Shown: positions 20,183 through 29,296 of the stretch, one piece after another | Position numbering within the stretch: the stretch's first letter is position 1 | How the letters are laid out: every line of letters starts with the position of its first letter | Origin: Planctomycetota bacterium | Lineage (GTDB): Bacteria > Planctomycetota > UBA1135 > GCA-002686595 | NCBI GenBank assembly: GCA_031413955.1 | Contig: JANOGB010000024.1 | Location: 709 to 64,708, forward strand | Length of the DNA stretch: 64,000 bases | Reading direction: 5' to 3' | The notes under the pieces: generated by a model | The model's database searches: none | What the model saw: only the letters and a program-made list of their open reading frames with translations | What the model was told of the DNA's origin: nothing | Position numbers and translations under genes: made by a program

Positions 20183-21231
20183 GGCGCCTGGAGCTCGTGG
20201 CGGCCCTGTTCTTGTTCCTCGGGATCGCGCTGGCGATCTACCTCGAGCGCCCGGAGCCCCCGGATGCCTCGCTCTTCGGGGCCGAGATGGCGCTCGAGCC
20301 CGTGCTCCCCCCGCTGGTCGCGCCGAGCGGGACGCTGGAGCTGCGCGGCACCGTCCGCTCCGCGGACGGCTCGCCCGCCGCCGAAGCCTTCGTCGTGCTC
20401 CTGCGCCCCGACGAGGATCCCACGGAAGCCGAGCCCATCTACCGGGCCTACACGGATCGAGAGGGACGCTTCGTGTGCCCCAACCTCACGGCCGGTAGCT
20501 ACGGCGTGGTGCTCAGCCATCCGTCCGCGCCGCCGAAGACGTTCGCGGTGGAGATCCCGGCCGAGGCCGAAGTGGCCTGGGAGCTCTCCGCGCCGCTGCC
20601 GCCCCTGCCGGTCCTGCCCGAGCTGCGCCGCACCCAGCTCACGGGCAGGTTGCGCTTGCCGGAGATCGCGGCGAGCACGTCCATCGACCTCGCGGGCTTC
20701 GAGGTGGCGCTCGTGCCGGTCACAGACACACCGGTGCTCGCCGGTGCGTGTGAGCGGCGCGCGAGCACGGACGCGAGTGGGTCCTTCGCGCTGGTCGAGC
20801 TGGTGGTGGCGAGCTACCGCGTCGAGGTGCTCCCGTCCTGGTCGCCCGGAGGCTCGTGGCCGGTGCTCGGCCGCGGCACCTGCGCGCCGAAGGAGGACCG
20901 GGAAAACACCGTCGAGCTGACCCTGGACGTGGGCGCGCTCGAGGGCGAGCTGCAGGACCTCACAGGTCGGCCGCTGGTCGGCGCCCTGGTGCGGGTCTCG
21001 GCCCTCGACGCGCGCGATGCCGCGGGCGATCCGCAGGCGTGGCCGGTGGCCGTGACGGATGCGGCCGGCCGCTATCGGGTGGAGCTCCTGCCCCCCGGCC
21101 GCTACCTGGTGCACCAGCGGGCCGGCTCGGCCGTGCGCGACGTCGAGATCTTGGTCGAAAGCGGCCGGCGGGCGGCAGTTCCGCTCGGACAACTGGATCC
21201 CCGCGCCGGAGAGATCCCGGCGGGCGGCTGA
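20179..21231 (+). CDS. membrane-anchored carboxypeptidase-regulatory-like (CarboxypepD_reg) repeat protein
   Basis: N-terminal anchor MRRLELVAALFLFLGIALAIY. Repeated beta-sandwich signatures LRGTVRSADGSPAAEAFVVLL...TDREGRFVCPNLTAGSYGV and LEGELQDLTGRPLVGALVRV...TDAAGRYRVELLPPGRYLV. ATGA overlap with the HD gene. Confidence 0.7.
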   Translation: MRRLELVAALFLFLGIALAIYLERPEPPDASLFGAEMALEPVLPPLVAPSGTLELRGTVRSADGSPAAEAFVVLLRPDEDPTEAEPIYRAYTDREGRFVCPNLTAGSYGVVLSHPSAPPKTFAVEIPAEAEVAWELSAPLPPLPVLPELRRTQLTGRLRLPEIAASTSIDLAGFEVALVPVTDTPVLAGACERRASTDASGSFALVELVVASYRVEVLPSWSPGGSWPVLGRGTCAPKEDRENTVELTLDVGALEGELQDLTGRPLVGALVRVSALDARDAAGDPQAWPVAVTDAAGRYRVELLPPGRYLVHQRAGSAVRDVEILVESGRRAAVPLGQLDPRAGEIPAGG

Positions 21232-21258
21232 GGGCGCCGGTTATCCTCGGCGATCGCC

Positions 21259-22428
21259 ATGGGTTCGATCCGCCACGACAGCATCTACCTGGACAATGCC
21301 GCCACCACTCCGCTCGCTGCGGAGGTGCGCACGGCCATGGAGCCGTTCCTGGCGGAGAGCTTCGGCAATCCGTCCTCGCGCCACACCATGGGCGTGGACG
21401 CGGCGCGCGCCGTCGAGGAAGCGCGCCGGCGGGTCGCGCGGCTCACCGGCGCGGAGCTGGAGGGCGTGGTCTTCACCTCCGGGGGCACCGAGGCGAACAA
21501 CCTGGCCGTGCTCGGGCTCGCGCGCGCGCGGGCCAAGGTCGGCCGACACGTGCTCGTGGGCCCGACCGAGCACCCTTGCGTGCGCGACGCGGCGCGGGCC
21601 CTGACGGCCGAGGGCTTCGAGCTCGAGACCCTGCGCCTGGACGCCGCGGGCGGGCTCGACCTCGAGCACGCGCTCACGCGCCTGCGCGCCGACACGGTGC
21701 TCGTGGCGCAGATGCTCGTGAACAACGAGTTCGGGACGATCTACCCGCTGGCACGCCTGGCGCGAGCCGTGCGCGCCAACGCGCCGCAGGCCCTGGTCCA
21801 CGTGGACGCGGTGCAGGCCGTCGGCAAGGTGGAGGTCGCGCTGGGCGAGCTCGGCGCGCACAGCCTGGCCCTGAGCGCGCACAAGTTCCACGGGCCGAAG
21901 GGCGCGGGCGCCCTGATCCTCGCGAGCGGTGTGCGTCCGCGTCCGCTGGTTTTCGGCGGCGAGCAGGAGCAGGGCCTGCGCTCCGGGACCGAGAACGTGG
22001 CCGGGATCGTGGGCCTGGGCATGGCGGCCGAGCTGGTGGAGCGACGCCTCGCCCAAGCGTGCGCGCTCTTCAGCGCGCGGCGGGCGGAGCTCGCGCTCGA
22101 GCTCGCGCGCCTGCCTGGGGCCGAGCTGCTCGCGCCCGGGGGCAGCGCGGGCGTCGCACCGGCCATCTGCTCGGTGCTGCTGCCCGGGCCGCCGGCGGAA
22201 GTCTGGCAGCACCACCTCGAGGCGCACGGCGTCTTCACCAGCGTGGGCAGCGCGTGCCAGGCGAAGAAGGGCGGGACCTCGCCGGCCCTGCTCGCGCTCG
22301 GGCTCGACGAGCGCCGCGCCAAGCAGGTGCTGCGCGTGTCGTTCGCGCGCGAGACGAGCGCGGCCGAAGTGCGCGCCGGCATGGAGACGCTGCGCGCCGT
22401 GGCGGCAGAGTTACGAGTCGGCGCGTGA
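21259..22428 (+). CDS. iscS: cysteine desulfurase (class V aminotransferase, IscS/NifS-like)
   Basis: YLDNAATTP, SGGTEANN and SAHKFHGPKG (PLP lysine) motifs. Confidence 0.88.
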   Translation: MGSIRHDSIYLDNAATTPLAAEVRTAMEPFLAESFGNPSSRHTMGVDAARAVEEARRRVARLTGAELEGVVFTSGGTEANNLAVLGLARARAKVGRHVLVGPTEHPCVRDAARALTAEGFELETLRLDAAGGLDLEHALTRLRADTVLVAQMLVNNEFGTIYPLARLARAVRANAPQALVHVDAVQAVGKVEVALGELGAHSLALSAHKFHGPKGAGALILASGVRPRPLVFGGEQEQGLRSGTENVAGIVGLGMAAELVERRLAQACALFSARRAELALELARLPGAELLAPGGSAGVAPAICSVLLPGPPAEVWQHHLEAHGVFTSVGSACQAKKGGTSPALLALGLDERRAKQVLRVSFARETSAAEVRAGMETLRAVAAELRVGA

Positions 22429-23627
22429 GCGAGACCACGGCAGCACGCGAGGTCGTGCTCGCGCGCTACGGCGAGCTGTGGCTCAAGGGCAGGAACCGCA
22501 TCGACTTCGAGCACACCCTGATGCGCAACGCGCACGCCGCCCTGCTCGCGCTCGACCCGGAGGTCGAGGTCGAGCGCGAACATGGCCTGCTGGTCGTGCG
22601 GCCGTCGCGGCGCGTGGACGCGGTCGCTCTGCGGATGCAGGACGTCTTCGGGATCTCCTCGCTCTCGGTCGCGCGCGGCGTACCGAGCGAGCCGGAGGCG
22701 CTCGCCTCCGTCGCGACCGAGGTCCTGTCCGCGGCCCTGGAGAAGCTGCCGCGCGAGCGCGTGGTGCGCTTCCGCGTGAGCACCAAGCGCTCGGACAAGC
22801 GCTTTCCCATGACCTCGCAGGAGCTCAACCGCTTCGTGGCCGAGCGCCTGCCGGCCGCGCTCGTGACGCGCTTGCAGGTCGACCTGGACGAACCCGAACT
22901 CGAGCTCGAGCTGCACGTCCGCGCGCGCACGAGCTACGTCTTCGCCGCGCGCTCACCCGGAGCGGGCGGCTTGCCGGTCGGCAGCGTGGGGCGCGTGATC
23001 GTGCTCCTGTCGGGCGGCATCGATTCGCCGGTCGCGGCCTGGATGGCGATGAAACGCGGCTGCACGGCGGTGCTGCTCTCGTTCCATTCCTACCCGTGGG
23101 TCGGGGCGGGCTTCGAGCGCAAGGTGGAGCGCCTGGCACGGGAGCTGGCGCGCTTCCAGCCGCGCACGCGGCTGGTCCTCGCGCCGCTGGCCGAGATCCA
23201 GGTCGCCATCCGCGACACGGCGCCGTCGCCCTATCGCACGATCCTGTACCGGCGCATGATGCAGCGCGTCGCCGGCCGGCTGGCGCGCGTGGAGCGCGCC
23301 GGCGCCGTGGTGACCGGCGAGAGCCTGGGCCAGGTGGCGAGCCAGACGCTCCCCAACCTGGGCCTGATCGAGGACGCCTGCGACCTCACCGTGCTGCGCC
23401 CGCTGATCGGCTTCGACAAGTCCGAGATCATCGAGCGCGCCCGGCGCATCGGCACGTTCACGCTCTCGATCGAGAACGAGCCCGACTGCTGCACCGTGTT
23501 CCAGCCCGAGCACCCGGTGATCCACGGCAAGCGCGCGGAGTGCGTGGCGGCCGAAGCGGGGCTCGACGTGGAGGGTCTGGTGACGCGCTCCTTCGAAGCC
23601 CGGCGAGTGCTCGAGATCGAAGCCTGA
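22425..23627 (+). CDS. thiI: tRNA 4-thiouridine synthase ThiI
   Basis: YGELWLKGRNR N-terminus, THUMP-like region, and PP-loop LLSGGIDSPVAAW. GTGA overlap with the desulfurase stop. Confidence 0.88.
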   Translation: MSETTAAREVVLARYGELWLKGRNRIDFEHTLMRNAHAALLALDPEVEVEREHGLLVVRPSRRVDAVALRMQDVFGISSLSVARGVPSEPEALASVATEVLSAALEKLPRERVVRFRVSTKRSDKRFPMTSQELNRFVAERLPAALVTRLQVDLDEPELELELHVRARTSYVFAARSPGAGGLPVGSVGRVIVLLSGGIDSPVAAWMAMKRGCTAVLLSFHSYPWVGAGFERKVERLARELARFQPRTRLVLAPLAEIQVAIRDTAPSPYRTILYRRMMQRVAGRLARVERAGAVVTGESLGQVASQTLPNLGLIEDACDLTVLRPLIGFDKSEIIERARRIGTFTLSIENEPDCCTVFQPEHPVIHGKRAECVAAEAGLDVEGLVTRSFEARRVLEIEA

Positions 23628-23630
23628 TCC

Positions 23631-23760
23631 GCTCACCTGGGAGCGCCGGGCTCCAGCCCGGCTCCGTTTTTTCCGGTCTTCCTCCCTCCTAGGTCCTGGC
23701 GAGGCGCAAGGAGAAAGAAGAGGCAGAGCCGAGCTGGAGCTCGGCGCTCCCAGGTGAGCT
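23631..23760. repeat. 130-bp palindromic repeat, GGGAGCGCCGGGCTCCAGCCCGGCT family (long copy)
   Basis: 34-nt arms gctcacctgggagcgccgggctccagcccggctc (23631-23664) and gagccgagctggagctcggcgctcccaggtgagc (23727-23760) are reverse complements with 2 mismatches. It sits between convergent thiI and the 23760-24743 gene. Confidence 0.85.
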
Positions 23761-24743
23761 CAACCTCCGAGCAAGGCGAGCACTGCCCCCGGCCGCATGC
23801 GCGGCTCGAGGAGCTCCACGCGCTCGAGCGCGAAGCGCGCCCGCACGCGCGCGGGCAGGGAGGGATCCGCCAGCGCGAGGCGCCGCTCGACCAGGGCCAG
23901 GTCGAAGGCTCCCGTGTGCGGCTCTTCGGCGCTCGCGCTGACGCTCCAGCCGTTCTCGCGCAGCAGCGTGCACACGAGCTCGCGCTCCACGTCCGCACCG
24001 TGCAGGAGCAGCACACGCCGCGCACTCGGCGCGCACGCGGCCGCGACGCTCGCGCGCGCACCGCTCGTGGCGGGCAGGCCCAAGCAGAGGACGGACGCGC
24101 CGGCCCCGGAACGCACCCTCTGCCGCCAGCCGAGCTCGCGCGCGAGGGACTGCAAGGCGGCCACGCTCTCCGCGAAGCCCCTGGATCCCGTGCTGCCGAG
24201 CGCCAGCACGAGCTCGCGCGGCGTCGTGCGTGCCGACAGGCAGAGCCGCCTGCGCGGCGTCGGATCGTCGCGCGCGAGAAGCGCGGCACATGCCGCCAGA
24301 AGCACGCCCTCGAGGCGCCCCTCGACCGGCTGCGCCCCCGTGCCCTCCGCGCGCAGCAGGAACTCGACCCGCAGGCTCTCGGCCAGGGGCGCGAGCAGGA
24401 GTTCGTGGGTACGGAAGAGCGCTTCCACCTCGACGAGCTCCGGGCGCGCCGCGGGCGGACGGGAGAAGAGCGCCAGCCGCGCGAGGACCTGGCCGAGATG
24501 CGCGAGCCCTCGGCGCGCCAGCTCGCGCTCGGATCCACCCACCTCGGCACCGAGCTCGTGCACGCCATGCACGACGGCCAGGGCGTTGTTCAGGCGGTGG
24601 ACGAGCGGCGGCAAGAGCCTGAGGAGGGCGTGCGCGCGCCGATCCTCGGCGGCGAGATGGTGCGCGGCTCGCGCTCGTTCCTCGGCTCGTTCCTCGGCGG
24701 CGCTCACGGCCGGCAGTATGGAAAACGGGCCGCGCGCGAGCAT
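23760..24743 (-). CDS. hypothetical signalling protein: degenerate histidine-kinase-like core plus receiver-like C-terminus
   Basis: H-box-like VHRLNNALAVVHGVHEL, no clear N/G1/G2 ATP-binding boxes, and a C-terminal RVLLLHGADVERELVCTLLRENGW...FDLALVE that resembles a receiver. Amino-acid composition fits a real coding frame. Confidence 0.45.
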   Translation of the reverse strand: MLARGPFSILPAVSAAEERAEERARAAHHLAAEDRRAHALLRLLPPLVHRLNNALAVVHGVHELGAEVGGSERELARRGLAHLGQVLARLALFSRPPAARPELVEVEALFRTHELLLAPLAESLRVEFLLRAEGTGAQPVEGRLEGVLLAACAALLARDDPTPRRRLCLSARTTPRELVLALGSTGSRGFAESVAALQSLARELGWRQRVRSGAGASVLCLGLPATSGARASVAAACAPSARRVLLLHGADVERELVCTLLRENGWSVSASAEEPHTGAFDLALVERRLALADPSLPARVRARFALERVELLEPRMRPGAVLALLGG

Positions 24744-24757
24744 ACTCCAGCCACGGC

Positions 24758-26719
24758 ATGAACCGCGGCACGGTCATCCTCCTGGCGCTGGCCATCCTGC
24801 TGGCGCACACCTTCGCCATCCACCAGACCCCGGCGGGCGAGATCGCGGCGCCCTACGAGATCGCGCACGTCGCCTATCGCCTGGGCCGCAACCTGGTGTA
24901 CGAGGGCTCGGCCCTGTGGAATCCGGGCGGGGCGCCGGTCGAGTCCTATCCATCGGCCATCTGGGTCCTCGTGAGTGCCCTGGCGGCGCGCCTGTACCTC
25001 TCCCCGATCCTCGTGACGCAGGCGCTCGGGCTGTGTGCCGTGCTGGCCACGGTGATCGTCCTGGCCCAGTTCAGTCCCAAGCGCACGTCCGGCCTGATCG
25101 CGCCCGGGCTCCTGGCCGCGAGCGGCAGCGCCGCCGCCGCGGCCTTGAGTGGCACCGAGGCCACCCTCGCGATGCTGCTCTCCACGACCGCCTTCCTGGC
25201 CTTCGAGCGCGGCTGGAAGCGCGTGCTCGCGCTGGCGCTGGCGCTGCTCCTCTTGACGCGTCCGGAGGGCGCCGCCTTCGCGCTCCTGCTCTTGCTCTTC
25301 GAGGGGCTCCTGCGCCCGCGCGGCGAGCAGGCGCGGCGGGCGCGCTGGAGCGCCTTCGCTCTACCCGGACTCGTGCTCCTGGTCACGCTCGTCGCGCGCC
25401 GGATGCTCACAGGTCTCTGGCTCTCGCCCTTCGCCGCGCCGCTGGCCGAGTTCGATCCTGCGCGCTGGCGGATCGGCGCGCAGTATCTCGCCAGCTTCGT
25501 CTTCTCCTCCGGTTTTGGCCTGCTCTTCCTGACCGTGATCCTGTCGCTCTGCGCCGGTCGCTCGAGCGCGATGGGCACGCGTTCGCTGGCGCTCGCGGGC
25601 TCGTGGTGGGCAGTCGTGGCGTTCTCGGGTGGCGACGAGCTGCCCTTCTGGAACGCGCTCGTGCCCGCGCTGCCGCTCTTCTTCCTGGGCGTGCAGGAAT
25701 GTCTGCGCGTGTGGATGGACGAGCGCGTGTCCTTTGCGCGCGTGGTGTGGCCGCTGCTCTTCACCTCGGTGGCCGCGGCCTTCCTGGTCAGCAAGATCCC
25801 CGGCGATCTGGGACCCCTGCGGATCGAGGAGCTGCAGACGCGCTGGCAAACGCCGCGCGGCGAGCTGGCGGCCAAGTATCCACGACCGCTGGCGCGCCTG
25901 GGCCTGCTGGAGGAGATCCGCGCCGTGGAGCACCTGCGCACGGTGGGCGTGTTCCTGCGCCAGCGCGTCGGCGCGGACGCCGTGATCCTGACCTCCTGGC
26001 CCGGTGCGATCGGCTATCTGTCGCGCAAGGAGGTGCGCGACCTGTCGGGCCGCGCCTGGCCGCCGCCTGGAGAGGTGCGGCCGCACTCCTGGCGGGGAGC
26101 TGCGCGCGTGGATGTGGTGGCCTCGCTGGGAAGCGACATCCAATACGTCGTGCCCGTGATCGGCACGCTGGACCTCGGCAACGCGCCGGGGGACTTCCTG
26201 ATCGCCTGGCTGGAACGCTACGACACCATCGGCCACACCGAGAAGCGCCTGCGCGAGCTGCGCAAGGTGCTGATGAGCGGCTTCATGTTGGTGTCCGTGC
26301 CCGTGCCGGCCGAGAGCCGCGCTCCCAGCGCGACCTCGGAGCGACCGTTCCTGCTGTTGCAGCGCAAGGACCTGGAGATGATCCCCGTGCTCTCGCTGGA
26401 AGTCGGGAACGACCTCGTGCGCGTCCTGGCGCGTCACGAGGGACACCACCAGGTCGTCGATCTGTGCGTGCGCGCGACCACCAGCGACGGCCAGGAGCTC
26501 TACCTGAGTCCACCGGGCGTGTGGACACCGTCCACTCCGCTCGACGCGCGCACGAGTCTGCTGATCTTCCCGACCGGAACACGCGCGATCCAGCTGCTCG
26601 AAGCACGCGTGCCCGCCGAGCTGCGCGGCGCCAAGCTGAGTGCTTGGCTGCACAACCCGGGCATGCGTCCGGATGGGCCGCTCTCCCCGGTCGGCTCGCC
26701 GGTCACGGGCGAGCTCTGA
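24758..26719 (+). CDS. polytopic membrane protein, possibly GT-C-type (ArnT/PMT-like) glycosyltransferase with C-terminal soluble domain
   Basis: 653-aa ORF with about 10+ hydrophobic helices in the first ~400 aa, then a soluble C-terminal domain. The family assignment is from architecture only. Confidence 0.5.
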   Translation: MNRGTVILLALAILLAHTFAIHQTPAGEIAAPYEIAHVAYRLGRNLVYEGSALWNPGGAPVESYPSAIWVLVSALAARLYLSPILVTQALGLCAVLATVIVLAQFSPKRTSGLIAPGLLAASGSAAAAALSGTEATLAMLLSTTAFLAFERGWKRVLALALALLLLTRPEGAAFALLLLLFEGLLRPRGEQARRARWSAFALPGLVLLVTLVARRMLTGLWLSPFAAPLAEFDPARWRIGAQYLASFVFSSGFGLLFLTVILSLCAGRSSAMGTRSLALAGSWWAVVAFSGGDELPFWNALVPALPLFFLGVQECLRVWMDERVSFARVVWPLLFTSVAAAFLVSKIPGDLGPLRIEELQTRWQTPRGELAAKYPRPLARLGLLEEIRAVEHLRTVGVFLRQRVGADAVILTSWPGAIGYLSRKEVRDLSGRAWPPPGEVRPHSWRGAARVDVVASLGSDIQYVVPVIGTLDLGNAPGDFLIAWLERYDTIGHTEKRLRELRKVLMSGFMLVSVPVPAESRAPSATSERPFLLLQRKDLEMIPVLSLEVGNDLVRVLARHEGHHQVVDLCVRATTSDGQELYLSPPGVWTPSTPLDARTSLLIFPTGTRAIQLLEARVPAELRGAKLSAWLHNPGMRPDGPLSPVGSPVTGEL

Positions 26720-26769
26720 TCTTCTATCTGGAGTCTGCGCAGGACGCGGCGATTCCGCCCGGAAGAGCA

Positions 26770-26920
26770 CACCACAGAGGCACAGAGGACGCAGAGGCTC
26801 GCAGAGAAAAGCGGGAACAAGAAGGGGCCTCCGGATCGTCGACTTCCGAGAGCCGAAGCCCCGGAGGCCCCTTCCCTTTCTTCCTCCGTGAGTCTCTGCG
26901 TCCTCTGTGCCTCTGTGGTG
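26770..26920. repeat. ~150-bp palindromic repeat, CACAGAGG family (long copy)
   Basis: The left arm caccacagaggcacagaggacgcagaggctcgcagagaaaagcgggaacaagaaggggcctccgg pairs with the right arm ccggaggccccttccctttcttcctccgtgagtctctgcgtcctctgtgcctctgtggtg. It lies in a convergent intergenic region. Confidence 0.85.
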
Positions 26921-26957
26921 CGCTTGGGTTGCGGGCGGAGCCTGCGCGGAAACGGTC

Positions 26958-28002
26958 CTACTTTTCCGTGGAGGCCGGCACGGGCGCGAACAAGGGGGGC
27001 GTGCCGGAGAAGGAGTCCAGCACGACGTCGATGCCGAGCGTGATCAAGTTTCCGATCGGCAGGTCGCCCTGGATGCGCACGGCCACGCCGGTCTTCTTCT
27101 CGACCCACAGGTGGATCGAGCCGTTGATGCCGAACACGCCCTCGAACCGCTCGGCCTTGTCCCCCGATCGACTCGCCCGGGAAGGGCTCGGGTTCGAGCA
27201 CGACCTCGACCACGTCGAAGAACGTCTCGGACGTGGTCTCCATGCGGCGTTCCTCGCCACGACGGAGGCGCAGGTTCCACAGACGATCCTTGTCGATCAG
27301 CGGGAAGGTCAGGAAGTCCAGCTCTTCGCGGATCAGCGTGCGCGCTTGGAAGACGGCCGTGAGCATGTCGTGCGTGCCCTCCGGCACGCTGCGTTCCTTG
27401 GGCGGACGCCAGATGCGCGTGCCCTCTGGTGCGCCCTTCTTCGTGTCGCCGCGGTAGCTCGAAATCAGCGCGCCGTCTTTCTTGCCGAGCAAGATCTCGC
27501 GCCGGCGAGTCTGGCTGCTCACGCTCACCGACGTGTAGAAGAGCCGTGGCCAGTCCTGCGGCAGGATGCGCGTCTCGAGCGTCGACTCGAGCTTGTACAT
27601 GAGGTATCCGCCCGACGCGAACAGCTGGATCGAGGCCGCCTCGCCGGCCGGTGGGGCCGGCTGTGTGGCGAGGACCGAAGGCACCTGCTCGACGACGCTG
27701 CAGGTCTGGGTCACGTCCCCGACATGGGCGAGGAAGATCCCGGTGTCGAGATAGGCACGGTAGACGAGGCGCTCGGAACGCGGGATCAGGAGCGCCGGCA
27801 GGTCCGCTCCGGGCTCGAAGCGATAGGGACCTGCCTGAACAGCGGGCGCCACGGCTTCTTCCAAGCCCTTCTCCTGGACCAGCGCCTCCGCGTACAGCGC
27901 CGTCCCGCTGCCGAGCGCGAGCATGTCCAGGGCGAGCTGGAGCGCGAGGCGCATCAGCCCTCGATACAGGAAGAGGGGCTGCGAATTCTCGAGGAGAGCC
28001 AT
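26958..28002 (-). CDS. DUF3108-like secreted protein, frame broken at a C5 run
   Basis: The N-terminal part is in ORF 26500..28002 and the C-terminal part (DKAERFEGVFGINGSIHLWVEKKTGVAVRIQGDLPIGNLITLGIDVVL) is in ORF 26958..27260. They join if one base is removed from the C5 run at 27161-27165. The family call is from memory of DUF3108 C-terminal signatures. Confidence 0.6.
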
Positions 28003-28175
28003 GCGGAGCGCGAGCGGGCCACGAGCGCGCGTCCAAAGTTACGGAACGGGATCCCCGACTGCGAGCCCCACTCGGGAGCCTGTGAGACGACGCCGCCAGG
28101 CGCGGATCCATCTGTTAGCGTCTCTCGGTTCCAACCGGGAAGAGCGGCTCGCTCCGCGCGTCCCCCCACACGCCC

Positions 28176-29111
28176 ATGTCCTCACCCTCTCGCCCCTTGC
28201 GCGCATTTTTTGCCCTCGCCTTGGCCCTGATCCCCGGGCCGGCCTGCCAGTCCAGCGCGAACGAGCGCGCGGATTCGAAACTGGGAGAACCCGAGCCCTA
28301 TGTACCGCTCCCGGTCGAGGGCCCCGAGGCGATCGGCTACTTCCTGGCGCAGTTCGAGCGCTCGCTCGTGCAGTGGAGTGATTACAAGCTGAACTCCTCG
28401 AGCCCCCGGGACCAGAGCGCGCTCCGGACCCTGGAAGCCGACATGCAAAAGCGCGCGCGCAACCGGCGCGACGAACTGGTCACGGTCCTGGAGAACGGAG
28501 CGCCCATGAACCGGTCCGTCGCCGCGGCTGCGCTCGGCTTCACGCACGATCCAACCGTGCTCGGGCCGCTCCTCGCCAGCCTCTCCGACCCGGATTCCGA
28601 GCTCGTCCAAAAGACGCTGCTAGGGCTCGGTGTCCTGGGCCTGGCGGAGACCCCGCTGGGCGGGATCCTGTCGTTCCTGCGGGACGATCCGGACGCCTGG
28701 ACGCGCACCACCGCCGCCTATGCCCTGCTCGCCATCGCGCTCGCCGGCAACACTTCGCGCGCGCTGGCCGAGGGCTGTCTCGCGGCCCTGGGGGACAGCG
28801 AGCCCGGAGTGCGCGCGCAGTGCGCGAGTTCCCTGGGCGTGCTGGCCGACCCCGGCGCGGTGGAGCGCCTGGGTGAGTTGCTCTTCGACGAGACCAACCT
28901 GGTCGCGCTGGCCGCCGCGAATGCCCTGGCCCGCATCGGCCGCGAGCACGCCGAGCAGAAAGGAACGGTTGCTCGTGCGCTGGCCGGACCCCTCGACCAG
29001 GTGGGTGAGGATCGGCGCCTGCACCTCCTGGGCGCCCTGCGCCGGCTCGCGGGCGACAACCTCGGCGAAAATGCGGCCGCCTGGCTCGAGTGGGCTCACA
29101 AGCTGCCCTGA
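28176..29111 (+). CDS. HEAT-repeat lipoprotein
   Basis: Signal/lipobox ALALIPGPAC. Repeated HEAT-like units (AAAALGFTHDPTVLGPLLASLSDPD, VRAQCASSLGVLADPGAVERLGELL, AAANALARIG). Confidence 0.75.
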   Translation: MSSPSRPLRAFFALALALIPGPACQSSANERADSKLGEPEPYVPLPVEGPEAIGYFLAQFERSLVQWSDYKLNSSSPRDQSALRTLEADMQKRARNRRDELVTVLENGAPMNRSVAAAALGFTHDPTVLGPLLASLSDPDSELVQKTLLGLGVLGLAETPLGGILSFLRDDPDAWTRTTAAYALLAIALAGNTSRALAEGCLAALGDSEPGVRAQCASSLGVLADPGAVERLGELLFDETNLVALAAANALARIGREHAEQKGTVARALAGPLDQVGEDRRLHLLGALRRLAGDNLGENAAAWLEWAHKLP

Positions 29112-29296
29112 CCGCCAGGCCCGCACGAAATCGGCTCGGGCCGGCCATGCCCTGACGGGGACTCAGAGAGCGAGCAAGAATTGCTCGCGAACGGGAAGCA
29201 GCGCCGTCAGGCGATGCGCCAGAAGACATCTGAGAGGCTGTATCATCGATTTCTGCTCGGCCTCTCAGTGCATGCGCTGCGTGGTACGGTGAGTCC

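Noticed and set aside
23134-23139. TGGCAC strings at 23134 (in thiI) and 52227 (in the lipoprotein gene) as sigma-54 -24 elements.
   Set aside because: Both are inside coding regions and lack a TTGC at the -12 position.
15590-26935. Possible CRISPR array suggested by recurring cacagagg/ctctgtg units.
   Set aside because: The units are arranged as inverted arms of hairpins, not as direct repeats separated by unique spacers. Only two loci exist, 11 kb apart, and there are no cas genes.
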